Sequence record: MK308676.1
Length of the DNA stretch: 64,000 bases
Strand: one strand, 5' to 3'
Shown: positions 9,849 through 19,970 of the stretch, piece by piece
Numbering within the stretch: the stretch's first letter is position 1
Layout of the letters: every line of letters begins with the position of its first letter
The notes under the pieces: generated by a model
What the model was told of the DNA's origin: nothing
Database searches by the model: none
What the model saw: the letters and a program-made list of their open reading frames with translations, nothing else
Position numbers and translations under genes: made by a program

Positions 9849-10796
9849 TTACTGCGTAGGCGGACTTATGTCCAATGGTGTAAAGGTATGGTCTCTGTAA
9901 GAGCCTTTAGAAACAACGCTTCTCTGTAGCGCAGCTATGCCATTTAAGTCAGGAAAAAGTTCTTTCCAAACATCGGATAAGCTACGGTAAAGAGTACGTG
10001 TTTTGTCTGGAGCAGTCACCCAATACGGGCGTATGTTACCGCGCATAGGGTTAGACCAGAGTTCTTCTTTGGACCAAGACTTAAAGACTACGGTCTCATC
10101 GCCTTTAATGCGCATGCTCCATCCGTTTAAAGGATAGTTAGACTTTTCTGTTAATCTACGCTTAATTGCGTTTTTGTCAGCAGAAAGAAATCTACGTATT
10201 TTAGACTCAGTAGGAAATTCTAAGACTTCCTTAGTTTCAACATTGTAAAGCTCAAAACCAGAACTAGCAGGACGCATATAAGCTTCCCTATTGCCGGCAG
10301 ACACATCATCCCATGGAGTTTCATCTGTCAGCAGCTTTGCAAGCCATCCTCTTCCTAGAATGCCATTAGCTAAAAATTTAACTCGATGGCTATCGGAAAG
10401 ATTGCGTTCTTTTAAAAACTTGTTGAAATTAGAATAGATGACCTGGTTACCGCTAGGGTCCCGAATAATAACATCGCCCCATCCGTCCTGCCTAAGAAGA
10501 GTATCCCAAGCATGCTGTAGGTTGGATGTCTGCGTTGCCCATTCTAAGTTGTCTAAATCGTAGTTGGTTTTATCGCCGTCCTTATGGTTGACGATGTGTT
10601 CCTCACTAGGCTTATCAGGACCATAGAGTTCCATGAGCGCCACGTGAAGTCTAACGTTCTTGCCGTAATAGGCAAGCTTAAAGTAAATGTAGTCATCTGA
10701 ACCTTTCCAAGGCTTTAGATAAGTTTTGGAGATTTCACTGTAACATTTACCATCTCTTTCAAAAAGGTAACCTTTTAAATTTCTGTAGACTTTCAT
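9849..10796 (-). CDS. intron-encoded HNH homing endonuclease (I-HmuI-like HNH with C-terminal DNA-binding repeats)
   Basis: RLHVALMELY...VNHKDGDKTNYDLDNLEWATQTSNLQHA motif; AAGGAG RBS. Confidence 0.88.
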   Translation of the reverse strand: MKVYRNLKGYLFERDGKCYSEISKTYLKPWKGSDDYIYFKLAYYGKNVRLHVALMELYGPDKPSEEHIVNHKDGDKTNYDLDNLEWATQTSNLQHAWDTLLRQDGWGDVIIRDPSGNQVIYSNFNKFLKERNLSDSHRVKFLANGILGRGWLAKLLTDETPWDDVSAGNREAYMRPASSGFELYNVETKEVLEFPTESKIRRFLSADKNAIKRRLTEKSNYPLNGWSMRIKGDETVVFKSWSKEELWSNPMRGNIRPYWVTAPDKTRTLYRSLSDVWKELFPDLNGIAALQRSVVSKGSYRDHTFTPLDISPPTQ

Positions 10797-10821
10797 ACTA
10801 ATCTCCTTGTATAAGATTAGT
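10797..10821 (-). promoter_or_regulatory. RBS-sequestering hairpin upstream of the HNH gene
   Basis: ACUAAUCU-UAUACAAGG-AGAUUAGU immediately before the AUG; perfect 8-bp stem overlapping AAGGAG. Confidence 0.65.
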
Positions 10822-10854
10822 CGAAGTCACATCCCATTGGAGGACATATTGTTA

Positions 10855-12306
10855 ATCCGCACCTAGACCGCTTAGCATGTACGGAGACACACTCATTGTA
10901 TCAAAGAACGCTAGATTGTTGGAGGTGTCAGGGAACTCAACCGCACGGTTATCCGTCGGAGCCCAAGACTCGTCTAACTCAAGTAAGTTCAAACCACTGA
11001 CGGTAGTCTTGATGTAAACTTCTGAGGCGTAAATAGACGAAAGACCAGTAACCGGATAACGGGTACAGAATGCACGCGAGCGTGGCACTAAGTCCTTAGA
11101 AAGAAGATAGTACATCTCTGCCCAACTCATTGGGCGCACATTCGCAGGTTCCCAACCATCTGGCAATTCATCAATGGATTTCATAATTTTGTAATATTTG
11201 TCATCCTGATAAATCAACCTTAGGAAGTGGCCATCGATGGTTACAGGTCGATGTCTTAGTGTGGCATCGGCAAAACCGTTTATCATGTTTTCTAGACCAT
11301 CAGAGGTCAGCCATTTTTCACGGACTTTATCCGAGAGGCTATGATAAACTGTTTTCAAAGTCTTGCGGTCCACTAACGGTACTTCATATTCGCCTTCCGC
11401 ATACATGTCGGAAAGGAACAGACTACGGAAAGCATATTCGGTTAAGTGAATCTGCGTTGCCTTCATGAACTGGAACAGACCAACCATTGTAGTGTTTAGG
11501 CCAGGCTGTCTTTCATCGCCTAATACTTCACTACCTACATCCATCGAACTCAATACGTTACGTGTAGAGCCCACGATGCGACGAGAAGCAAACTTACCTT
11601 GCAGTAGACCTTTCTTACCTTCCAGCATTTGGAAGATGTAATCATAGATTGCTGTAATATGGCGCTGCATAGATGCTTTGGCTTCATCGAGCAATTCTGA
11701 GTTACGAGATTCAAAGTCTACGTTAATGGTGTTTGAAACAGAAATCACTTTACGGTAAAGGTCATTGATTTCTTCTTCTTTAGGTTGTCCTTCTTCGGTC
11801 AGTTCGATATCGCGAAGACCAGCAGGGATTACGATGATGCGTTTAACGAAAGCTTGCTGACGATATTTCTCAAGCAAGTCAATGCGTAAGTCACGCTGTT
11901 GGGATTTGTTACGCTTAAAGATAAGCTTAGGGAAGTGACGTAGGAAAAAAGCAAAGCCAGTCTCACCTGTCATGATGTCGGAACGAACGAAGTCATTCTC
12001 GGCTTCATCAAACACAGCGTAAGCTTGACGGGTTAGAATCTCATTGTACAGCTGTTTAAGCGCAATGAGTTCTTTATAGTAAAGAGGATGAAAGACAGGA
12101 ACCTTCAAGTTAATGAAACCTTCTTTCTCATCACGTGCTTCTTCACCCTGCTTGCCGAAAACGACATTGGAGTAAAGCCCTTGAGGATGGTAATCGCCGT
12201 GACGCCCTTCATAGAGCTGACCTGTTTGCACGGGCAACATACCAGCGTATGTGTTAGGTATGTCGGCTAGGAAGTCGATATTAAAGGGTAGTCGTTTGAT
12301 TTTCAT
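10855..12306 (-). CDS. rpoC: virion RNA polymerase beta'-like subunit, exon 1
   Basis: Beta' motifs DYHPQGLYSNVVFG, VIPAGLRDI, GKKGLLQGKFASRR and TRYPV; ends GLGAD; start at ATG 12306 (AAGGA RBS); spliced product 541 aa. Confidence 0.9.
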
Positions 12307-12403
12307 GTGGATTCCTTGCGTCGAATCTTTTGAGTCGCTAAACAACGGGGACGCCCGTAGCGACAGATTTTTATTCTTTCATTGTTCTCCGGAGAACAAA
12401 ACC

Positions 12404-15400
12404 ATGGCTGATGAAAACTACACACTAGATGACCTAGACTCGATAATTGCGAGTTTAGATGATTCTTCTGTGCCATCGAACCCAGACCCTCAGGAACTGG
12501 GTACGCGACAAGTCATCGAGGCTGTCGCTGCCGGGTCTTTTGATAGCATCAAAACCCGCGACAATTTGGCAAAGTATGGTGCAGCTATAGCCAAAGCAAG
12601 TTTACCCGAAGGATACCGTAATGCGGTTGATAAGGTAGACGATAGTGCGTCTTCTATTATAGACCTATACAATGACTCGAAGAAGGTTTTAGAAAAACCG
12701 TTAGCCGAGCTAAGAAAGGCTGTAGCAGCACGCGCAGACAACCTTCCGGACTTCTTATCCGAGAGTACGAAAAAGTCTATTAAGGACTGGGCAAATACGC
12801 CTGCTCCTGATAAAGGACCTTCTCGTGCAGACATTGACTACGACCAACTAAGAATCGATGCGGCCTTCCAATCTGTATTTGGCATGCAGCGCGGTCAAAT
12901 GGAACAGAACCAAGTTCAAAGTCAACTGCAAGAAGTTCAAGCACAGAAAGACGATTCCTTCCAACGTTCCTCTCTAGTGGCCAGTGACGGCATGCTAGAC
13001 CAGTTAGGAAGACTCGTAGGTTACAACGACACTATCAATTTCCGCTACCAGCAAAAGACATTGGAGCTACAGCACCTACAGTACTTTGCACAGCGTGACT
13101 TATTGAAAGTGTTCTCAGCGTACGCCGAAGATACAGACGTACAGCTGGAAGCGATTATCCACAATACTGCTTTGCCTGAATTCCAGAAGGTGAAGATGTC
13201 TGAAGGTTTCCGTGCGGTTCAAGCACAGAGACTTTACGGCAACATCGGTGAATCTCTCGAAGAGTACCGTGACCAGTATTTTGGCGATGTGATGACTAAC
13301 CTGAGACAGAGAGCTGACAAAGTTGCTCGTGATGTCGCAGGCGGCATTCAAGGCGTAGCCACAGCCCTTCAGTCGACGGAAGGTGTTTCGGACGGCCTGA
13401 ATGCTCGAGATAAGATTGCAGTGGGTGCCGGCGTAGCTGCCGATTATGCCGCTGAACAACTTAGTCCAGCTATCGGAAGAAAAATCCGTAAGCTACTCGA
13501 GTCTAACCCAGCAATCGCTAAGAAGTCCAATGAGCTAATGTACATCTTTGAGAATGCTCCTTCGATGTTCAACCAAGCTCTTAAGGACTGGGACGGTAAA
13601 GTATTCCCAGAGAGCGTTCTAAAGCGCATACCGGCGTTAGAACTGTTAAGCGCTAACTTCATTAAGCGTGAACTACAAAGCCTCTCTCCGTCCTCTCCAG
13701 ACGCTTCTATTAACTTAGGCAATGACTTCACTAACAGAATGTCAGACCCAGCCGTTTATTCTGAAATGGCTCAGAAGTCAATTGTCGAAATCATCCCTGG
13801 GCTTCTATCTCGTCAGTTAGCTGAACTCGAGATGATTCGCACAGGCGAGTATGCCGAACGCTTAGTTTACAATCCAGGCCAGCAAGGCATGGTGCGTATC
13901 TCAGACTTAGCCTCACAGGCTAACGAAGAAGCTTTCTTAGGCACAGGGCAGCGTCGTAACAAATACACTGACGCCTTGGTTAAACTCCTAGGTTCTGGTT
14001 CAGGAGTTCAGTTAGATGACGAAGCAACGCGTGTCCTTAAAGATACATTGCTACAAGACGCCATAGGCGGTCGAGTCTTTAACATCAATGACCTGGCCCG
14101 TCGTGATTTCGGTAACGATGAGATTACGGCTCAAATCCAAAACATGATTCAGAACTCTCGTGGCGATGACGCGAAGCGTAACCTAACAGGTGCCCGTGTA
14201 AGTCGTGAGTTAGTACGTGGTCAGCAACAGCTGAATAACGTTATCAATACGTTCGCGGAAGCAGGTAACCTAGACGTACTGAGAGAGATGGGTCTAATTG
14301 CCGTAGATGAATACGGTAATGTAAAAGTAAGTGAGGAGTATGTCAATACGGCGTCTCGAGAAGAGAACGTCCAAGGGTTTAGCCGCACTTTCAATAGTTC
14401 GCCTTCAATGGCAGGTATGGAAGACGCAGCGAAGACGGTAGATGAGTTCTTCTTCCAAGACATCGCCGGGCAACGAGCTATTCCGGTAGCTATCGTTAAT
14501 GACGGCATGTCTGAAACGTCTCCTCTCTTCCAAGTAACAAAAGAAGGTTTCGATTCTCAGATTAGTTTGTTAGATGCTTTATTAGGGGCAACTCTAAGAG
14601 CAGGACAAACAGAGCAGGAATCTTCAGCAGGCACAGAACGTCGCGGTAAGTGGTACGACGGTGCAACTAAGTGGTTGAGTCCTAGCGCAGTAATGGGCGG
14701 CTTAGCAAACTTCACAACGGCATGGTATAATGGCGTCTCTAATTTCACGCGCACTGGAGCGGACATCGTAGGTAACACTTTCAGCGGTGGTCTTAACATG
14801 CTTCGCGGTGGAGGCGGCGATAAAGGCCCTAAGGCAATCGACATTTACGTCGAAGGTCGAAGTGAGCCTATTCTGCTGGCCCGTGACTTACGAGCAGGTA
14901 TGTATGTCGATGCTGAAACTAAGAACCCTATCCGCGTAGTTGAAGACATCACTGGCCCAGTAGAAGACCTAGATGGTAACGTTGTTATCAGCGAAGTTGA
15001 CATTGAGCGAGGTCTTTATTCTAAGACAGGTGAGAAGTTCGGCATCTTCGGCGCAGCGGCTTCAGGACTTAAGAACGTCACAAACCTACAGCTTAGTGCA
15101 ATCGCTTCAATTGCGAAAATGCCTGGTGCCTTCATTAAAGGTATAAATAGCAAAGTTCGCGACATTTATGTTCGCGGGGAAACTACACCTAGGCTGTACG
15201 CTAACCTAATGAAAAATGGTGCCTACTATTCTCATGCAACAGGTAAGCGAATCTACCATCCAGACGAGATTGACGGAGAAGTCAAAGACATCGACGGCAA
15301 TACAATCGTGTCAATGGAAGATATCGGTCGAGGCTTAGTGGATAACCTAGGTACGCCTATTGGCGGCAGTCGGCTGGCTCAAGTAGCTAAGAACGTCTTG

Positions 15401-17896
15401 TTCGGAACGGTTAACTTTGGTCGTAACTTAGTAGCATCTAGTTTTGAATTCGGTAACCGCACAATGGCGGGAGCATACAACCTAGCCGAAGGCGGCCTCA
15501 GTGCTATCGCTGGTTTAGGTGGAACGAAGAACTACTACGAAGGTACAGGACAGGAAGATACTTTACAGGACATCTATTCTTACATGCAAGCGCGTTGGCC
15601 TCTTATGGATGGTCAGACCGTTGAGCCTGTAGGTGCCAGCGGTCTCTTCGGGGATACGGATGGTGACGGTGACCGTGATGGTAGCTTCCAAGATATCTTT
15701 GCAGAAAGGGCAGCGCGTGGCGATAACCCAGAAGGCCCAGCTCCGGCAGATGTAACTACGGGCGAGAAAGAAGGCAACGAAGGTAAAGGACTGTTCGGTT
15801 CTATGCTCGGCTTGTTCTCGAGTATCTCAACAGGCATCGGTTCTCTTATAGAGGGCATCGGTGGCATCGGTAGCTTATTGGCAGGATGGTTCGCTTGGAC
15901 TAAAGGCGCAGACGCAGCGGAAGCAGCGGGTGACTTTGCAGGCGATATGCTAGATGGGGAAGATGGCAAGAAAGGACGCAAACGCGGCCCTCGTGGTGGC
16001 GGTAAGAAAGGCTTCTTTAGGAAGCTACTCGGTAAAGGCGCGTCTCTAGTTTCTAACATCGGCTCTAAGGCAGGTACGTTTGCAAGAGCAGCAGCTCCAG
16101 TTGCATTGGCTGTTGGCCGTAAGGCAGTAACAGCAGCAGCTTCAGCGGTCGCTACAGTAGCAGGTGCGCCAGCGGTTGGTACAGCCATCGCGGCAGCGGG
16201 CATTGCTTATACGGGCTACCAAGCTTACAAGTATTTTGCACGCCGTGCTGATGTGGAACCTATCGAGAAACTCCGTTATCTACAGTACGGTATTAACCCA
16301 GACATCACAGACGACCTTGTAGCGATACGTTACTTGGAAGACAAGATTATGAGTTATGTTTCTTGGGCAGGAGATGAACCTCGTTTAGACATTCCTTTGA
16401 AAGAAGCGGTGGAAGAATGGGCAGAAGACTTCGGCGTAGACCTTTCTAACGAAGGGCAGGTAACACAGTTTGCAACATGGTTCGCTAAACGCTTTGTTCC
16501 CGTACTGATGACGCACTTGCATGTGGCGCGTAAGATTGATAAGTCAATCGACTTGTTCGATATTGATGACGAAATCAGTCCTAAGCAAATCCCTGACTTT
16601 GTTCGTGGCGTTTCATTACGTTCTGCTTATAGAACTAAACATGACCCACTGAGCGTTATGGTATCTCCATTCCCTGGTCGCTTAGTTACGGCAGACACAG
16701 TTGCAATTCAAGCACTAGCTGATGCTCTTATTGCTAAACATGAAATCGATAAAGGTAACATGGCCGATGTCGAAGAAGTGCCTAACAAGGACATCGTCGT
16801 TGGAGCATCTTCCGCAGAAATCTCCGCACGTCAAGTGAAGGCGATGGAAGACCAGAAAGCCAAAGCGCAAAGAACTCAGGCAGCGGCAAACCAAAGCGGC
16901 ACGACAATGACCAATATGGAATTGCGTCGTACGGCAAACGCAGCAGGGGTAAGTACCACAATACTAAACGCAGCAGCTCGAGGTACCACGGGAACCTTCC
17001 GCCTCATCATGCCTATGGAAGGAAGAATCTCTTCCCCTTACGGTATGCGCGTGCACCCTATGCAAGGTACACGCAAGATGCATAAAGGTGTGGACATTGC
17101 GGCTCCTGAAGGTACTCCGGTACGTGTGGCAGCAGACGGCGTTATCTATCGTAAGTACTATTCTAAGTCCTACGGCAACGTTATCTATGTTTCGCACTCT
17201 AACGGTAAGGCTACTCGCTACGCGCACATGTCTCGTTTCGAGCCAGGTTTAAACATCGGTTCCGAACTCAAAGCAGGTCAGGTAATCGGTTACTGTGGTA
17301 ACACGGGTAAGTCTAAAGGTGCACATCTTCACTGGGAACTTCGAATAGGTACAGGCCAATGGGCTGATACTGAAGACCCACTGAAGTACGTAGACCGAAG
17401 CGTAGCTCGTGACCTAGCTAAGGAAGAGAAGGCCATCCTTAAAGATGAGAAAGAGTCAGATAAAGAAACAATGGACACTACCCTAGAAGGGCTAGAAACC
17501 ATTCGTTCTACTCTTGTTCCGCCTCCGAAGGAATCTGCGAAGGAAGCACAAGAACGTAAGTCTGCTCCTCAGTCTTCTCAAGAAGCTCTAGCCAACCGAG
17601 AACGTACTCGTGCTCCTCAACGAGAAGCCGAACGTGAACGTAAGGCAGCAGCAGCGAGCCAGAAAGCCCTAGCGAAAGCTATGGATGAACAGGCAACCGA
17701 AGCTAAGACTGCAACAGGTCAGCGCGAATCCATGATTGAGTTACTGGAAACCATGAACGCCACTATGGAACGAGTAGCCGTCGCATTGGAAGCTGAACCT
17801 AAGATGGCAACGTCTGGTCGAGCTACTACCGTACCGTCCCCTGAGCAATACAAACGCAGCACTACGGTCTCACCGGCCGTAAGCATGAAAGGTTAA
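12404..17896 (+). CDS. large tail protein (phiKZ gp181-like tape-measure/cell-puncturing protein) with a C-terminal M23 peptidase
   Basis: GGAGA RBS before ATG 12404 (1830 aa); helical Ala/Gly-rich body; HKGVDIAAP...YAHM...GAHLHWE M23 motifs at about 16998-17350; divergent from beta' as in phiKZ. Confidence 0.82.
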   Translation: MADENYTLDDLDSIIASLDDSSVPSNPDPQELGTRQVIEAVAAGSFDSIKTRDNLAKYGAAIAKASLPEGYRNAVDKVDDSASSIIDLYNDSKKVLEKPLAELRKAVAARADNLPDFLSESTKKSIKDWANTPAPDKGPSRADIDYDQLRIDAAFQSVFGMQRGQMEQNQVQSQLQEVQAQKDDSFQRSSLVASDGMLDQLGRLVGYNDTINFRYQQKTLELQHLQYFAQRDLLKVFSAYAEDTDVQLEAIIHNTALPEFQKVKMSEGFRAVQAQRLYGNIGESLEEYRDQYFGDVMTNLRQRADKVARDVAGGIQGVATALQSTEGVSDGLNARDKIAVGAGVAADYAAEQLSPAIGRKIRKLLESNPAIAKKSNELMYIFENAPSMFNQALKDWDGKVFPESVLKRIPALELLSANFIKRELQSLSPSSPDASINLGNDFTNRMSDPAVYSEMAQKSIVEIIPGLLSRQLAELEMIRTGEYAERLVYNPGQQGMVRISDLASQANEEAFLGTGQRRNKYTDALVKLLGSGSGVQLDDEATRVLKDTLLQDAIGGRVFNINDLARRDFGNDEITAQIQNMIQNSRGDDAKRNLTGARVSRELVRGQQQLNNVINTFAEAGNLDVLREMGLIAVDEYGNVKVSEEYVNTASREENVQGFSRTFNSSPSMAGMEDAAKTVDEFFFQDIAGQRAIPVAIVNDGMSETSPLFQVTKEGFDSQISLLDALLGATLRAGQTEQESSAGTERRGKWYDGATKWLSPSAVMGGLANFTTAWYNGVSNFTRTGADIVGNTFSGGLNMLRGGGGDKGPKAIDIYVEGRSEPILLARDLRAGMYVDAETKNPIRVVEDITGPVEDLDGNVVISEVDIERGLYSKTGEKFGIFGAAASGLKNVTNLQLSAIASIAKMPGAFIKGINSKVRDIYVRGETTPRLYANLMKNGAYYSHATGKRIYHPDEIDGEVKDIDGNTIVSMEDIGRGLVDNLGTPIGGSRLAQVAKNVLFGTVNFGRNLVASSFEFGNRTMAGAYNLAEGGLSAIAGLGGTKNYYEGTGQEDTLQDIYSYMQARWPLMDGQTVEPVGASGLFGDTDGDGDRDGSFQDIFAERAARGDNPEGPAPADVTTGEKEGNEGKGLFGSMLGLFSSISTGIGSLIEGIGGIGSLLAGWFAWTKGADAAEAAGDFAGDMLDGEDGKKGRKRGPRGGGKKGFFRKLLGKGASLVSNIGSKAGTFARAAAPVALAVGRKAVTAAASAVATVAGAPAVGTAIAAAGIAYTGYQAYKYFARRADVEPIEKLRYLQYGINPDITDDLVAIRYLEDKIMSYVSWAGDEPRLDIPLKEAVEEWAEDFGVDLSNEGQVTQFATWFAKRFVPVLMTHLHVARKIDKSIDLFDIDDEISPKQIPDFVRGVSLRSAYRTKHDPLSVMVSPFPGRLVTADTVAIQALADALIAKHEIDKGNMADVEEVPNKDIVVGASSAEISARQVKAMEDQKAKAQRTQAAANQSGTTMTNMELRRTANAAGVSTTILNAAARGTTGTFRLIMPMEGRISSPYGMRVHPMQGTRKMHKGVDIAAPEGTPVRVAADGVIYRKYYSKSYGNVIYVSHSNGKATRYAHMSRFEPGLNIGSELKAGQVIGYCGNTGKSKGAHLHWELRIGTGQWADTEDPLKYVDRSVARDLAKEEKAILKDEKESDKETMDTTLEGLETIRSTLVPPPKESAKEAQERKSAPQSSQEALANRERTRAPQREAERERKAAAASQKALAKAMDEQATEAKTATGQRESMIELLETMNATMERVAVALEAEPKMATSGRATTVPSPEQYKRSTTVSPAVSMKG

Positions 17897-17898
17897 AT

Positions 17899-17918
17899 GG
17901 AGGCTTCGGCCTCCTTTT
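17899..17918 (+). terminator. intrinsic terminator
   Basis: GGAGGC-TTCG-GCCTCC-TTTT. Confidence 0.85.
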
Positions 17919-17933
17919 ATTTAGGAGTTAACA

Positions 17934-19928
17934 ATGGCATTTCTAACTGCCCCTAATGAAGTAAAAGACTCGGCTTGGATAAGCCAAGCATTCTTTGTGC
18001 CGAGAGGATTGGGCGGTGCAGGGCAACAACTTACTCGCCCGTTCGTTACAGCTGACATGAAGTATTACGATACGACACCAGGCGGTAATAAGGCGATAAA
18101 CCCTAAGTCCCAGTTTACTCGATATGCTGACCCTAAAGCACCTTCTCTTGCTGTGAATTCAGATGGGATGGGTCGCTACTATTCCAAGGCTTATGACGAT
18201 ACGGCTACTCGAATCGCTTTACGCTTTGGTGGTCCTCGTAATAACGCTCTAAGCACCTTCTTGGCTAATGCCTACGATAAGGGCTTAGCTGACTTAGTGA
18301 ATAAAGGGAAAGTATCTACGGGTATCTTCTCTGCATACACAATCGGTAAAGCACTGGGTACAATCTACACGATGCCTTTACAGGTTTACTTCGGTATCTC
18401 TTATTTGTACCGTCGAGTGAATACGGCAATCACTGGAAGACCATATAGTAAGTTCTACTACATGGAACCTCAGATGCCTCTGTACTGGTCAACGGTAAAT
18501 ACCATCGCTAACCAAATCGCAGCGAACATGGGCATCATCCATTCTTACGAAACGGGTGACCTACAAGACGCTGAGAATGGAGCAACGCCTGAGCAAGGTC
18601 TAACGACCGCGCAGGTACGTTCGCTTAACTCGATAATCCCTAGGGTTCTCTCTAACGGAGACGGCTCTAACCACATCGACGTTAAAGCTATCTCCTCGCG
18701 CGCTCAGAGGCTCCAGAACGAGTATTACGACGTAATTGATGCAATCTCTAAGGATACGTCTTTGGACGCTGACGGTTTCACTGAGGCCGTTCAAGCAGCA
18801 TTGAGAACTAAGTCATTAAGTTCCAATGCAAGAGTTGCGGATGACCTAGAAGGTTACATGAAAGCCTACAGCTCTTCTCCTATGGGTAAGTCTTCAGAAG
18901 CAACGACTGTTGTCCCTGTTGAAGATGGCGAAACGAAAGAGGCTACGGAAATAGCTCTCTATAGTGAGGCCATTCGTCCTAAGAAAGAAGAAGCGAGTTT
19001 CATGGACTTGCTGCAAGCGGAGTTACGTGAAGGTTCTGCATTCATTAACTATGAGGTTACTTACAACGGACCAGTTAGCGAATCGTTCAGTAGTTCTACC
19101 CAGAAAACTGGATTGGAAGAAACAACGAACTCAACTGCGCAGAACATGCGTAATGCTTTCATTAACTTCGGCAATGGTAACGTAGGCGACAACTTCGCAG
19201 CAGATGCGTTGGAAGCAGCTATCGGTGGAGTTAAGAACCTTATTGCAGGTGCGGCAACATCGTTTGGATTTGGTGGTCTCGCTTTACTAGGCGGTTCAGC
19301 TTACATCGACATGCCGGAAGTATGGCAGAACAGTATCGCTGAAATGCCAACGGAGTCTTACACCATCAAGTTGCGCACACCTTACGGAAATAAGATGTCG
19401 GTGTTCCTTAAACTAATGTTACCTCTTTGCGGTATCTTAGCTGGTGCACTTCCTCGTTCCGCAGGTAAAGCAGCTTACGGTTCTCCTTTCCTTTGCAGTC
19501 TACATTCGCAAGGTAGGGCTAAAGTCTCATTGGGTCTTATTGACAGCGTACAGATTCAGCGTGGTACTTCCAACATTGGGTTTAACAGTGCGAAGCTACC
19601 TACTGCAATCGACATCACCATCAACATCAAGAACCTTGACCAAATTATGCACGTTCCGATTAGTGATAGTTTTACGTCACGGCTATTGTCTTTCTCACAC
19701 TTTGATGAAGATACAGCCTTGACGGATTACTTGACAACAATCAGCGGGGTTGACCTATATAGTCAGTTCTACGCAGCCCCTCGTTTGAAACTAGCATGGT
19801 CTAAGACGGCAGCCGACTGGAACTCGTTTACTTCCCCGAGTTACTTCGCTCAGTACGCCGCACACAGTGCGCCCGGACAATTGGTGTCAGCCATACTGGC
19901 CGCCTCACCAAACTTGGAAGGCATATAG
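17934..19928 (+). CDS. tail/baseplate structural protein, phiKZ gp182 / SPN3US gp238-like
   Basis: 664 aa; follows the gp181 homologue; DMPEVWQNS...YTIKLRTPYGN baseplate-hub-like segment. Confidence 0.65.
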   Translation: MAFLTAPNEVKDSAWISQAFFVPRGLGGAGQQLTRPFVTADMKYYDTTPGGNKAINPKSQFTRYADPKAPSLAVNSDGMGRYYSKAYDDTATRIALRFGGPRNNALSTFLANAYDKGLADLVNKGKVSTGIFSAYTIGKALGTIYTMPLQVYFGISYLYRRVNTAITGRPYSKFYYMEPQMPLYWSTVNTIANQIAANMGIIHSYETGDLQDAENGATPEQGLTTAQVRSLNSIIPRVLSNGDGSNHIDVKAISSRAQRLQNEYYDVIDAISKDTSLDADGFTEAVQAALRTKSLSSNARVADDLEGYMKAYSSSPMGKSSEATTVVPVEDGETKEATEIALYSEAIRPKKEEASFMDLLQAELREGSAFINYEVTYNGPVSESFSSSTQKTGLEETTNSTAQNMRNAFINFGNGNVGDNFAADALEAAIGGVKNLIAGAATSFGFGGLALLGGSAYIDMPEVWQNSIAEMPTESYTIKLRTPYGNKMSVFLKLMLPLCGILAGALPRSAGKAAYGSPFLCSLHSQGRAKVSLGLIDSVQIQRGTSNIGFNSAKLPTAIDITINIKNLDQIMHVPISDSFTSRLLSFSHFDEDTALTDYLTTISGVDLYSQFYAAPRLKLAWSKTAADWNSFTSPSYFAQYAAHSAPGQLVSAILAASPNLEGI

Positions 19929-19933
19929 ATATA

Positions 19934-19962
19934 GCTCTCTTCTCCTTTTGGGAGAAGAGAGC
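19934..19962. terminator. bidirectional terminator between convergent genes
   Basis: GCTCTCTTCTCC-TTTTG-GGAGAAGAGAGC. Confidence 0.8.
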
Positions 19963-19970
19963 ATAATCTT

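Larger units (their letters stand above)
9425..10854 (-). mobile_element. group I intron (1430 nt) inside the catalytic DFDGD motif of vRNAP beta', HNH ORF in the P1 loop
   Basis: Exon ends GCGGAU and intron ends in G. P element AAUUGCGGGAA (9816-9826), R GUUCAACGACUA (9659-9670), S GAUUAUAUAGUCU (9493-9505), P3 CUCCUC/GGGGAG. IGS GUCCGC (9860-9865) pairs with the exon including the U.G wobble. Confidence 0.93.

Noticed and set aside
6358-10854. Inteins as the explanation for the split RNAP genes
   Set aside because: In-frame stops, no Cys...His-Asn splice residues, and full group I P/Q/R/S elements are present
12251-12403. N-terminal extension of the tail protein given by the ORF track
   Set aside because: It overlaps the divergent beta' start; a strong GGAGA RBS supports ATG 12404
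15655-15682. DTDGDGDRDG EF-hand-like motif in the tail protein
   Set aside because: A single low-complexity acidic motif without flanking helices; not enough to claim Ca binding
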